Of a DNA stretch of 64,000 nt, positions 50,936-62,920 are shown in pieces. The notes under the pieces are model-generated. The model was given only the letters and a program-made list of their open reading frames with translations. It was not told the origin of the DNA and did no database searches. A program made the translations under genes and the position numbers. The stretch is from Oikopleura dioica (taxonomy: Eukaryota; Animalia; Chordata): the NCBI GenBank assembly GCA_907165135.1, contig OU015569.1, positions 9,610,001 to 9,674,000 of the forward strand. Reading direction: 5' to 3'. Every line of letters starts with the position of its first letter. Within the stretch, counting starts at the first letter, position 1.

Positions 50936-51226
50936 GTCTTGCACTTTCAGAGTCAAAAGTGAGAATGAGCAGCCCCGCCTTCCCGGGCCCTTTATATAGG
51001 CACGGCTGGGAAGAACAACAGCCCGCTCTAGAGACTTTTTTCCCGAAAAGAGAAAAACAACAACGACCAACGTGCGGAATCTCTGGAAAGCCCAGAGAGA
51101 AAAACAAATTCTCTCAAGAAACTTTCTAGAGCAGCGTAGGCGGATCCTTCAAGCAAAATGTATATAAGGCCGCGTTTGAGCGAGATTTTCACAGTCCGAC
51201 AATTGAAAAAAGTCGAAAACTCCAAA

Positions 51227-51565
51227 ATGGCCAAAACAAGCAACAAGCCCACCGCCGCCAAGACCCGCAAGTACAAGAAGGCCCGCAAGGAATCCTTCGC
51301 CATCTACATCTACAAGGTGTTGAAGCAGGTCCACCCCGACCAGGGCATCTCATCCAAGGCGATGTCAATTATGAACTCCTTCGTTCGTGATATCTTCGAC
51401 CGTGTCGGTTGCGAAGCTTCCCGCTTGGCCAAAAACACTAAGAAGTCCACTATCTCTACCCGAGATATCCAGACGGCCTGCCGTCTCCTTCTTCCCGGCG
51501 AGCTCGGCAAGCACGCTGTCTCTGAAGGTACGAAGGCTGTGGCCAAGTACATGGCCTCCAAGTAA
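51227..51565 (+). CDS. Histone H2B variant, copy 2 (112 aa)
   Basis: [41 protein letters not shown]; stem-loop at 51591-51606. Confidence 0.97.
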   Translation: MAKTSNKPTAAKTRKYKKARKESFAIYIYKVLKQVHPDQGISSKAMSIMNSFVRDIFDRVGCEASRLAKNTKKSTISTRDIQTACRLLLPGELGKHAVSEGTKAVAKYMASK

Positions 51566-51590
51566 ATTTAATTTTACTGGAGAAGAAACA

Positions 51591-51606
51591 GGCCCTTTTA
51601 AGGGCC
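51591..51606 (+). terminator. Histone 3' stem-loop (H2B copy 2)
   Basis: GGCCCTTTTAAGGGCC. Confidence 0.92.
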
Positions 51607-51904
51607 ACAAAAAACATGACCTAAGTCTTTAATAGTCTTCAAAAGCTTAGAAGGCTATCCGAGAGTTCCACTTAGTAACGAAACTTACATACTCGTGAAA
51701 AGAAAACAGATGTTATTTTTATTGTGGTATTAGACTCTATTAGAGCAAGAAAAGAAACGCATGCGAGTTGGGTTGTGTCGTCTTCACATACGATAAGAAT
51801 CAAGCTTAATCGCTGAAGGCCTCCTTTTTGCTATCTGATTGTGTCCACTCTGAAAATATAGATTTCTGAAAATCCTTTTTATGTTTTTATAATTGAATGA
51901 AGAG

Positions 51905-52360
51905 ATGCTGAGACGTTTCAAAAGGTTTGCAACTACTTCGTCTGCGTGAAATCTAAATATTTCTTTAGTTTGACATCGTATTGATATGCATCTCCTCGCT
52001 TCTGCTTATCGCTGGAGTTCTAAGCATCGTCCTAAGTTTCATATTCAAGGACTACGGTTGTATGTCTTGCGATTTCACCAAAGGAACTGATACGGTTTCA
52101 ATTTTTGATTAATTTTTCGAGTTTTACTCTCCGTCCATCAGTTCATAGATGCAGAAGTGCATAATGAGTGGAGCTTTTGGATGGGCGAGCTTGCACTGAT
52201 TCTTTTCGTCTCTGGCATTTTTCTTTTCACTGGATTGCTGATCAAAAACTACCGCCCAGACTGGTATCAAAAATACGAAAAAGAATATTACGGGAGATAC
52301 ATCGAGAAAGACGAGATCGATCCACCTTCGGACTCCGCCTGCAGATTACCCGACAAGTGA
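51905..52360 (+). CDS. Small two-TM protein of unknown function (3 exons)
   Basis: MLRRFK|FDIVLICISSLLLIAGVLSIVLSFIF..|..WMGELALILFVSGIFLFTGLLI..; AATAAA follows the stop. Confidence 0.55.
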
Positions 52361-52917
52361 AGTTTTGGAATGTAATAAAGTGAATAATCGGCGGACCGCG
52401 ATAGGATTAAATTAAGGATCTGTTAACCCGAGCTCATTAGCGTTCGTAATCCTCTGTCTGCATCAAAACTCGTCCAAGGCGTTACAATGTCCGAAGCTGT
52501 GCCTGAAGCAAATGTCCTTCCTCCAACTCGATTTGGATTTTGAACTACAAGAAGTTAAAGTTTCAGAAGCTTCACTGAGATCTGATCAGAGTCTTGTTAA
52601 ATAAAGTGAAGTCCGCAGATCAAATGATTCCTTCTAATGCAGAAAATTCATAACGCAAGTTGCATAGACTACGCATTCGTTGACGATATGAAAGGGAGAA
52701 TAAGAATACAAACAATACATATATTTATTCGCTCGTAAGCATAACATCACAAGGGTCAGCTGTTATTTTCTGTCCTCTGTGGCGACAGGGTGGGCTGTAT
52801 TGTGCGCCCCCATGTGTTTCTTCCTAAATAACTATTTAAAAGGCGGCGTTTCGCTTCTCGATCGTCGCAAAGTTTTAATAGAAATAAAGAAAGCCTGTTC
52901 ATTTACTTTCCAGCACT

Positions 52918-53290
52918 ATGAAGTTATGCACTTTTTTCGCACTACTCTTTTGCTTCGCTTTTAGCGGTTCCGAAGGCAAACCACACAGACGTTTCCGCGT
53001 TTCTGATCGAGACCAAACACTTTCCCTGCAGGAAAGATTCGAGCAACTTGCTCTGCGACTGCTCGAAAATGGTGGAAAGCGAAAAACAACACTCCCGTTG
53101 CTTTTCTAACTCCCGTCACAATTCCCTTGTCACCAGACAGCGCAATGTCTCTTCTGTAAAGCTGAACTAACTGCACTGTACACTAACTCTTGCTCCTCTC
53201 TTAATTATCCCCAATTCTATTCTTATAATTTAGAAATCATTTCAACTAAAACTCGTAATTTAACTTATAGGTGGCCAAATAAAATATTAA
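52918..53290 (+). CDS. Small secreted peptide precursor
   Basis: Signal peptide MKLCTFFALLFCFAFSGSEG, then KPHRRFR (dibasic site) and a helical segment. Probably splices to a terminal GGQIKY* exon. Confidence 0.55.
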
Positions 53291-53446
53291 AAAATAGGAA
53301 ACTTCTTCGTATCTTATCAATCAGAAAAATCAAGTTATTATCTATACAGCGTTCGATGGTAGAGAGAATACAGATTGAGGCGCCCGGAAATTTTCCTGGC
53401 TAATGCTGAGCCGGAAATCCGTTCGATTTGCTTGAGAGAACAGAAT

Positions 53447-54511
53447 TTATTCAGATTTAAGTTTGGATCTAAGCGATTGAATGCGCTTCTGTCGCAGAGA
53501 ATCGGCAGATTTATGAGCTTGTTTAGAGGACTCTGTTAATGATGCTGAATGCTCGATTTCATCGGTATTCCACCGCAGTTCGTACGTTGTATGGTCACGG
53601 TTGAAATCGTCCCGATATTTATAATTGTGCACTCGTCGATCTGAAATACGCGTAGTTCGTCTTCTAGCCAAAATTAATCTACAGAAGCAGATCCATATAT
53701 AAAATATATTTAATGCATAATCAGAATATTACTGTTTCTCCTTTATGAACACGAAATATTAGCCCAAAGGAGAAATCGTCACTGTTAAAAATCTTTACCT
53801 AAATACTGATCATGCATTTCTTCGATATAGCTTCGATCAAAGCAGTTTTCCCCCTCTTCTGCAGGATCTACAAGTTTGTTTTCTCTTATAAGCCAGCCAG
53901 TTAGGGGACACTGAACATGACCACTGTGGCGGATGATGTCTTGAAGCTCGTGGGTAGCAATAGGACTAAGTATAAGTCTTAGCTGAGAGCTTGGCCAGAT
54001 GGTGTACCTGTTTTCGTCGATTTTTCTAGCAAAGATATAATCTCCAGGACAGGTTTTTCCGTCATCGACAACGGCTACAAGTGCTTCCTCATGATTGAAG
54101 CTGTGTGTTATGTATAAATACTCAGCATCTTGTACTAAGACCTAGAAAAAGTTATTTGCTTGATCGTCATAGAATAAAAACCTCAACACGATTGGAGGCG
54201 ATTCGTTTATGAACTGTTCCCAAAACAAATTCTAGCTTTTTGAATTTCTGTTCATCGACGAGTTCAGAAAACTTTCCAGTGCGAATCCAACGCTCGAGAT
54301 CTCGCTCATTTTCAAAAAGGTACTCTCTCTTCACATCGGCTGGATGGCTCGGTCTAGTCCACATGGAGTCAACGGGTTCACGGCGTCTTTGGAAGGCACG
54401 TTTCTTTCCAGATTTCACGATTGACTTGTAAATCGAGGGACTGTTCTGATAGTCCACCTTTCGTGGAACTTGTCGAGTCGACTTCAGCGAAATCGATGTC
54501 GCCCGTAACAT
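53447..54511 (-). CDS. MRPS17: Mitochondrial ribosomal protein uS17m-like with a long N-terminal extension; 3' end uncertain
   Basis: FVLGTV..RVEVLV..SFN..CPGDYIFAR..HELQDIIRHSGHVQCPLTG (cf. MRPS17 HELAEIVFKVGKVIDPVTG). Presequence-like MLRATSISLKSTR; TTTTTTCAG lies just upstream of the ATG. Confidence 0.6.
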
Positions 54512-54583
54512 GTTCTGAAAAAAATATTTTGAGCAAGACTCCAAATATGGCAGGAATGAAGTGAAATAAATAACAAGGTTGGA

Positions 54584-57174
54584 CTAAGATGAGATTTCGG
54601 CAATCAGTCGAAGCTTCTCCTCAGAGGGAAGCGATGACAACTCCACCAAGACAGCTCTTTTTATGAATCCGTCTGGGAAGGATTTTGTGAAACTCTGGTT
54701 CCGTATCGCCTTCATAGTTTCCATACGACTGTAAACAACATTTCCACCCAGAGCGACGGGTATCGAAAAGCAGATTCCTGAATGAGAAATCAGCCACTCC
54801 ACCGACGGAATATCTTTACCTTGAACAAAATTTTTCACGACACTGGATCCCGTCCTTGACAGTCCGTGACGAATCATTGGAATGGAAAGGAGAGTCATCC
54901 CGCTTACAACAGGATGAAGACCATACATATCGTAAAATAGCTAATCCAGGATTTCATTGAAATTTTCTAAGTCTGAGAGCGTGAGGAAAGTTTGACGAAC
55001 GAAGTTTTAGTACTTTATTTTCACAAATCATGGCTTGGCGTCTTGGTAAGCTCGACGCGAATTCATTATCTCTCTTCCAATAATTTCGTAGCGCTCAAAC
55101 ATTCTAAAAGAAATCTTCTTTTTTTTGTGAATTAATTATAGCCTATAAATTTTATTACTCTTCACGTTAATCTTCTTAAATGAATTCATTTTTGCAATCA
55201 TTTCGTCTTCAGAATAAAATAGTGGTTCTTTATCATCTCGAAATATGGAAGAGCTGGATTTGTTATATGACGACAACGGCATGCCATGTGTTTCAGCCAA
55301 CTTCTCTAAATCACGGGTTAGGAACTGATTCCTTATTTTAAGGAAGCTCCTCAAGTCAAAACTTAAGTTAGTTCACCCCAAGTTGGGGTCCCCAACTCAT
55401 TTCTTACCCGATGCTGCACTGGGAGCATCTGTTGCTCCTTCGCAAACAACGTTCGCATGGCTTTTCATTCGACATATCGAAGGATTATGATCAAGATCCT
55501 GTTCATCGGTCCCCCCAGCCGCATGGAAAACAAGATCTTGTGCTTTCTTTGACGACAGCATCCGTATCTCTCCTTCCGTTAACGCGTGAACCAAGTTTGA
55601 CTGGAATTACATGTGTGTTGAGTAATTTAAACTCAGCCTACCCCAAAGACATAATTGCCGTAAGTCTCGCATGCCACTAGTGTTCCAGCCAAGACAAGTG
55701 TATTTGTCAGGACTAGCCTTCTATAACTTCCTTGCTGTTCCGTCTTGTCCAAAGTTTTGATCTTCTGCCCTATCGTCAAGGATCGTCTGTTTCCGAAAAT
55801 GCTCGTTCTCTAATAGAAATGTAGAATACGGAATTTTCCGAAAACTGAAGCGTACCAGCTTTCTTGCCCGGTAAAAGCAAACACCTGTGGCAGCTATCAT
55901 CGATGCTGGAAAAAGTTTTATAAATGATTATTGCGTCTAGGAGTGTCTGACACAGCAGCAAAACTTCATTTAAGAAATTGAAGAAGGCTGCGAGGAGGAA
56001 GGAATTAATTTAATCATCGCAATTCAAACGTTCCTGTGGTGATAAGACCGAATTCACGGAGTCCGAATTGGTCATAAAGCAGGTTATACTCTCGCTGCAA
56101 CTCGGAGCGCGAACTAAAGTACACTTTGTAGCCAAGCTTGATTCTCTCCAGGCTTGATGCTTTCTTTAGGGTCTTTAAAATTCCCAGTTTAGGAAAGTAA
56201 CGAAGGTTTAAGACCCAAAAATAAATGTTCCCACATTCTAAAATCATGTGATTAAAAGTTAATCGATGGAAAAGTAAATCAGTCCAAAATCTTCCCGAAG
56301 GAATTTCCGCCTTGAAGCTAGATACAGTAATGATCGCGAATACGGAAGCGGTAGTGCTCTAGATGCGCGAGAGGACGAACTAGTGGACCCGGATGAAACA
56401 AAAAGTCGACCTCCTTGGATAAATTCCGGATGAAGGAGTGCTCCGGAGAGTGCTCTGCCAGAAAGCGAGTCTTCGTCTCGCAGTCGCCAGACATTTCAAA
56501 CTCAATAAGTGAGCGCGTGACGGAAGAGTCAAGTTGATCCTTCAGTTCTCCATTACGACAAGCGGCAATCAAATTACCCTTAACTCAGTTTTTTTCCTTT
56601 GATCTTTCCGCTCTCATTACCGACAAAGTCTGATGAGCATAAGTTTGGAGTCCGAGAAGCGAAACTGTGGAGCCGTAAAAAGAGTTCGTATACGACTTTG
56701 CACGTGTTGTCGGATCAATAGGCAGAGTGGAATATTTAACAACGAAAAAACCGCCGCACGGTGCCACAATCTCTCATCAGCTTTGAATCAGTTTTGAAAC
56801 CCTTAATCCCAAAATAATAATAAGATTTTAAAAGCCTCTCCCAGGACTGAAAATGTCTTTAATCCTCTCAATTTGCTCCCGTTCTCTTTTTGGAAGCCAT
56901 ACTGACGCCATTCTGCAAAAAAAGGAGTCGAATGCTTCGTTTTTTATGAATGAGCTTAGAAAAGCTTTGATATATTTGAAAGAGGATATTTTCGAGGAAC
57001 GAACGTGGAGCAGAAAGGCGCGGAGAAGAAGCCGCAGTGTCCAAAGTTGATCACAGTGGTGAATAATAACGCGGGCCGAGTTTCGCCCGGCCGGCGGTTA
57101 GCAGCACTCAAATTATCACAATAATTAAAATAGGGAAGTAAAACTGGAACTATACAGCTAGAAAACAAACGCAT
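54584..57174 (-). CDS. One or two multi-exon genes of unknown function (weak DCAF17-like resemblance in the 5' part)
   Basis: A chain of same-strand exon ORFs (56956, 56585, 56318, 56014, 55397, 55136, 54584) separated by short introns. Confidence 0.5.
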
Positions 57175-57186
57175 TCAATCACTCCG

Positions 57187-58338
57187 TCACTGCTCAGCAG
57201 CCGTTTGAATACATCTTTTGATGAACATGTCTACTTTGTATCGAAGCTCGTTTTTGTGGAGCCTTTTTCCTAAGAAAAATCATTATCTCGGCTAGGCAAA
57301 TTTTTCTCCTACCTTTGCATATGAAAAGAAGACGTTTTTGAAGTAGATTTCGTAAAGCTGTCTATCCAACACATCGCCGTCAGCGCCCAAGAATCGTTTA
57401 TCGATTCCTGTTTTGTAAAAAAATGCAGTAAGTCCCTCCATTGTCTGAATTCAATCATCACTCGCGCGAGTTTGACTGCTCAACTTACCTGTTGAACTTT
57501 AGTGTACTCTTGAAGAATCAGCAGCGGTAATTCGTCGTAGTTCTGGGCGTTCGTTATCAGCAACGCACTGGTGACCGGTTTGCGCATCTCACGAAGAACA
57601 GTACAACCATTGATGCACTCAACACTAAATCTTCGCGTTGTAGATTGTTCTTTAGTTGCGTGCGTTTACCTGAACTTTCCATCTCGAATATGATTGCTCA
57701 AGTCTTCGCTAATCGATGGATCATCAAAGTCGCGAACCCAAAAGCCCCGGATGCGCAAGACGTCTCGAATGTTTCGCATCACGAGTTCAAGTCTTTCTTT
57801 CGTTCTTCCTCCTGAAGGAAAAATTAGCTATTTCATTCAGCTTCATTTCTAGTCTAACCAGACGAAGGGCAGACGACCGAGAGTAACCTGTCATCGTTAA
57901 TCTCGTTTCCCTCTACTTTCGTTAGAGGCACTTCTTTGTTGAAGATTTGCGGGCATGGCACCATCGAACACTTTTAATAGTTTAAATAAACAATAAGCAA
58001 GGGTTCAACTTTCGGAATCATAAATTTCATAAAAGAAACTATCCGGCTCGCACACGGAAACATACCTTAGCACCGAGTTCTTTAAGGGGTTCGATAATCA
58101 GGTAGCTTTCCCAGAAGGTCTGCGTGTTGAGAATAGCGTTGTCGTCCTCCCAGGTGAAGTTCAAATTGTCTGCGTTTTCTGCTGCTCGGCGAAGACTGTC
58201 CAGAGCGAGAATTTGTGCTTGAATGCGCGTTGACTCGATCTGGTCTTCAATGCTGAACTTGTCCAACACCTCACTGACTTGCTCTTGTGCTTCTTCACGG
58301 TGGACCTCGGAATCTTCCGGAACCACTGGGCGCTGCAT
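57187..58338 (-). CDS. Uncharacterised multi-exon protein
   Basis: ATG at 58338 follows TTTCAG. Exons run MQRPVVPEDS..ELGAK|CSMVPCP..|..IKRCIQTAAEQ* (TGA at 57187). Confidence 0.65.
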
Positions 58339-58559
58339 GCCTGAAAGAAGGTTATATAAAAGTGTGAGTCTGTCATACTTCCAGAACACAAATCAAACGA
58401 CATTTAATACGGAAAAAATATTTTCCGTCGTATTTTTGTTTTGTTGATTAAATTTTAAAATTGATACACTGAATTGAAAATTCTACCGTTCACACTCGGA
58501 ATTATAATAATTATCCGACGGTGTCAAACTGCCAGGGCAAATGTGCTAATTTTTCCTAA

Positions 58560-58958
58560 AGTATTCTAGCTGTTAGCAGTGCAAGACAAAAGATAGATGT
58601 TGGCAGCGTTTCCAATCTGGGACATTTCACGCTTCAACAGTTAAGATTGACAAGTCAAACGAGGTCACTCTTGATTTCTTACTCAAGAGGCCAAAAGGTA
58701 ACTTACCAGGAAAGGGATACAGTAGATTCTGCGTAGACAAGACGCCCAGGCGCATTTCCTTCTCAAAAATTCGTTGCAATTCTTCGTCAGACTTTCCCGT
58801 CAATTTTTTATACTTTGAAAAGGGCTCACTTTTTTGACAAATTCCCTGCAATTTTTTCCATATTATAACTCGAGATGAAAAAGAACCCGTGCCTGGACCA
58901 TTGAGACTGAATTCTTCGCTGTTCCTGAAAGTCCTCTAGAAATCCGACTCGACGACAT
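58560..58958 (-). CDS. Small uncharacterised protein, first gene of the minus-strand run
   Basis: An MSSSRISRGLSGTAKNSVSMVQ exon plus ORF 58627-58851; the model is incomplete. Confidence 0.35.
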
Positions 58959-59049
58959 TTTATGCGGTTTTTCTCTGTTCTGATGTTTTCTTTTGTATTT
59001 TGCGAAAGGTAAGCTTTTCAAGCTTGGCCACAGTGGCCAATCTCTTCCA

Positions 59050-59640
59050 GCTTGCAAGTGCGCTAACTGACTTCGAGTCGAATGATTCCGCGGTCGGCTC
59101 GAGACGAGTCGAAAAACTTTAGTTTCGCGCTTCAGATTCGCGCGAGCGGCGGGGGCGGGGCCCAAGCGCGCTCCTTGCCTCAGCGCAAACGCGCATCCCT
59201 TTTTTCCCAAATCGAACTAAACCAGCCAACAAAACAACAAAAATAGGTTCGAACTGTGTTTACCTGGTCTTAGCGCGTCCCACTCGTTTACGATCCATAA
59301 ATTTTTTAAGTCAGTTCCCAAATAAATTTACATTCTCCTCAATTCTCCGAATATCTTCGAAAACTACTGGAAGAATTATTAAGAACTATTAATTGCGGAT
59401 ATTATCATGTTTAATACTTAGATAAGATTGAGCAGAATCCATTTGAATAAAGAAACTTGCATCTCCCGCGGCGTTTCCCTCCGAAGAGGGAGCATTTGTA
59501 AAACTGGGCGCGACATTCAAATGCTCTCACCGCGCTCGAGTCAAGGCCGCGTGGGTTTTTTCACGACGCTGCCAGGCTGTGTCACGCTTCTGAACATACC
59601 CTCGAATTTTCCCACGAACAAACATACAGTCCCTTCAGAA
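59050..59640. promoter_or_regulatory. GC-rich bidirectional promoter with E2F-like and CHR-like motifs
   Basis: TTTCGCGC at 59123, TTCGCGCG at 59137, GGCGCGA near 59507, TTTGAA at 59442 and TTCAAA at 59516. It lies between divergent gene runs. Confidence 0.45.
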
Positions 59641-60016
59641 AACAAGAGAAGTCCAACTTGACTCCATGTCGAAGCCTATTCAGGAACGGGATTTCAAGAA
59701 AATAGAGAATATTGATTGAAATTTAAACAAGTAACGGAAGCTTTTCGAAGCTTAGAACATGCTCGACTTTACAATCGATCGGAGACAACGGTCTCGAGAA
59801 AGGTGATAATTGCATCAGAAAGCCCGTGATAAGATGTCGAAGAAACCCTCAAAAGTTGATGAGGCAGGCTCCTTTCGAAATTGATCTTGTATTTTACCGG
59901 GCATCCCACGGGATCGGCTCTGAATCTTCTCGCCCATTTTTGATCACTCCTAGTCAGATTTTTTTCTTTTGAGATTTTCTGCTAGAAAGAGAAAACGCAA
60001 ATATCAGTAGAAAATA

Positions 60017-60675
60017 ATGGCACAAGAAAATAAAATTGAGGAGATTGAATTTGGTATTTTTAGAAATAAAACACAGATATCTTTTCTAGAGTACTTTTTT
60101 TGTTTTGAAAGGCGTTTTAGTGGAAGCCGTTGGCTCCCCTCTGGAAGTTGCTCGAGTTGGACTAGCACCATCTTACTTCACAACCAGAAGAACGCGAACT
60201 TTATCGGCAACGGCGCGGATCGACGCCGCTGATCTAGAGACCGGCACAGGTTAATTCGCAAAAACTGCGCTACTAAGTCCTAAAGTGGCCTTTAGTTGCC
60301 GCTTTCTCCAGAACAAAAGGGCATGGCTTCTTGAACTCTGAAGACGGAAAGCAGGAGTTTTTCCACGTCTCTGATGTTGTTTCTCAGGTAAAGCCAGTCT
60401 TGATCGTCAGTCGGCTCAAAAAATATTTAGATCATTCCAAAAGAGGGGGATTTAGTCAAGTACAGAGTGATTCCCATTCCTCCAAAGTTCGAGAAATGCC
60501 AAGCAGTTCAGGTGATCTACTGCGATCAATTAAAAAGCGTTTTTAAAAAGAACTTCAGGTGACGCTCGTGGACGAAGAAAAGCTGGTTGCGGACGGTCGC
60601 GCCACTTGGTCAAGCTGTGGGGAGTCGAAAGAAACGGCTGGTACGCCCGTGACCCCGCCGCCCACACCTAACTGA
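60017..60675 (+). CDS. CARHSP1: Cold-shock domain protein CARHSP1/CSDC2
   Basis: TRRTRTLSATAR, FSRTKGHGFL, FFHVSDV, IPKEGDLVKYRVIPIPPKFEKCQAVQV, TWS. Confidence 0.9.
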
Positions 60676-60856
60676 TGCGCCAAGCAACGATTTACATTCT
60701 TCCATTCCCCAAAATAAAATCTTCCCAATCTGCTATTTTCGAAGGAGATTTTTACCATCCCTCAACAGTACAGTTAAACCTTGACAATTGTTACCATCGA
60801 GAATTTGAATGCAGCGAAGCTTCGGTTTGAATTCGCCTTTTTAGAAATCGGTCGAA

Positions 60857-62762
60857 ATGGATTTGAACGGGGAGATCGACTGGCATGATTTTTTGGATGG
60901 TAGTGACTTCGAGGAAGATGAAGAAGAGGAACAAGAAGAAGATGGACTGTTTAGCGACTTTCTGAAGCAGGAGGTTGATAACCCACTTTATGAAAGAAAC
61001 AAAGAGCTGATGGAGGTGAACGCGGAAGTAATTCAGGCGAATATCGAGCTACGAAAGAAAGTGCGAGCGTTGACGGATGAAAAGACAGCACTAATGGCAG
61101 AGATGTTGGACATGAGGTGCGAAGTGGCTCTCAAAATGGAACAATACGAAGCCAGCAGAACGCAAAATGTGACTCTGGAATCTAATTCTTCATCCGCTTT
61201 AGGTAAACTCAAAAAGGGTCAAAGAGGGTTATCTTTATTTAGGCGATTCATTCATCAACGAGACAAACTCAAGACCGGGATCGAGAGGTGACAATTCTCG
61301 ACCTAATTCAGCAGAGCCAGAGTTCGTTGGAAGTAAAATGAAGCTGCCTGGGCGACGGACGACTGCCTTCAATCTTGATTTTGATGAAACTGCGGAATTC
61401 AAGTCGCCCGAAGAGCCAGTGCAACAAGGGACGAAGATGAAGCTGCCAGGAAGGAGAACGACTCGCTTCAAGCTTGATCTAGATGAGACGAATGAGGAGA
61501 ACGAAAGCCCAGTCGTCCAGAAGCCGCTACCAGAGCGAATAAAACGGCCTTCCCGCTCTAAAGCAACCAGGTAGAGAACTAGTCAACTAAGTACCCTTTA
61601 AATAATTCTTCTATTCAGGAAATCAAAGTACAGACAGACAATGCTCACTGTTGAAGAAGATCGCGAGGTAGAAACGAGCAAGCTTCCTTCGCCCGATATG
61701 GGCTTGCTCAAAATTGGCAAAACGGCAACTTTCGCTTTCGAATATGATGAAACGATCGATGGAAGTCCGATAAGGAACGAGGGCCTATTTTTATTGAATA
61801 ATTCTTTTTTAATAAAGTTACTAATGACACAAAATAAGCCCAAAGAAGAAGCCCTAGATCTACGAAAAACAGTCCAAAGATTAAAAGCCCTGGTAGTTTG
61901 TGCAAGAGTCCGCTAGCAAGTCCGCTCTCAGAAAAAGAAGAAACGACACCAGGCCGACGTCGGCGATTCGAAAAGCCCGAGATTCAGGGAGCGAAAATGA
62001 AGATTCCCGGCAGAAGGACGACAACTTTTGGGTTTGATTTTGATGAGAGCAACGAGTCGCTGAAAGAAGAAGAAGCAGTAGCTAGTCCTTCTGTTCTTTT
62101 ACGCCATCGCCGAAGCCAGCCGGCTCAAGAAAAGCAAAACGGCAGAAAATCTCGTCAGGACCTGAGCATGATTCGTTCTCGTCGTCAAGTTTCTTCACTC
62201 CAGAAAAAAGACGGAAATCAAGCAGTAAGCGAGGCTCGCTTTCAAAACCGGGGGGTATTTTTGGAAACATCAGTGCAACAACGGAAACGATATCAGTTCC
62301 TGATTTAAGCTTGCAAGAAACTGCAGCCTATGAGGGAGGTAATAAGCAATCTTCCTTTTTCGTGCTTGCTTAAAAAATATTTTAAGTGTCCAAAGACAGG
62401 CATGAGGAATCGAATGAGAATGCTGCTACGGAAATTTCAGCAACAAAGAAAAAAGGAAGACCTAAGAAAAACGCGCAGCCCGTTACACCACTGAAAGAAC
62501 AAAACGGTCCAGAACCGTTGGTGAACATCTCTGAGCGAGTCAGTCGCCGCGCTCGAAAAGTCGTCAGCTACAAGGAACCGAGCACAGGGTCGAAGCTTCG
62601 CCGTGGAGATGCAAATACAGACTCCAGCCTCTATAGCAGCTGGTCACCAAAGGCCGGTTTCATAGAACTTTTCAAACATAGCAAAGAAAAATCAAATATG
62701 TGTAACCCTAAAAGAATTCTACTAAGAATAGCGCGAAGAAAAAACCGAAAAAACGAGTATAA
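60857..62762 (+). CDS. SGO1: Shugoshin
   Basis: N-terminal coiled coil (NKELMEVNAEVIQANIELRKKV) and a C-terminal SGO motif, RRARKVVSYKEPSTGSKLRRGD. The last exon probably follows a GC-AG intron; unspliced, the ORF runs to 62838. Confidence 0.9.
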
Positions 62763-62920
62763 GCGCGCATATTCTGAACAGTGTAAATTTCACATGCATT
62801 TTCTATTCACCAACTCACTATTTGCAGACTGCCTTTAACTTTTCACCATTCCAATTATGAATATTTTGACATTTTCGTATACGTCCTTATAATTTTAGAG
62901 ACGGCAACTTCGCAAAAGAA

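Larger units (their letters stand above)
48362..51606. repeat. Inverted duplication (arms of about 1.1 kb) of an H2B<-->H2A divergent pair, separated by a spacer of about 1 kb
   Basis: 48362-49460 is the reverse complement of about 50510-51606, including promoters and stem-loops. Confidence 0.93.

Noticed and set aside
54100-54125. Apparent frameshift/stop in the MRPS17-like exon
   Set aside because: The printed block appears one base short relative to the line coordinates. By coordinates both flanks are in the same frame, so I did not call a pseudogene.
59666-60010. Possible tiny three-exon ORF upstream of CARHSP1
   Set aside because: The frame could not be fixed and there is no recognisable motif; it may be a 5' UTR or outron.
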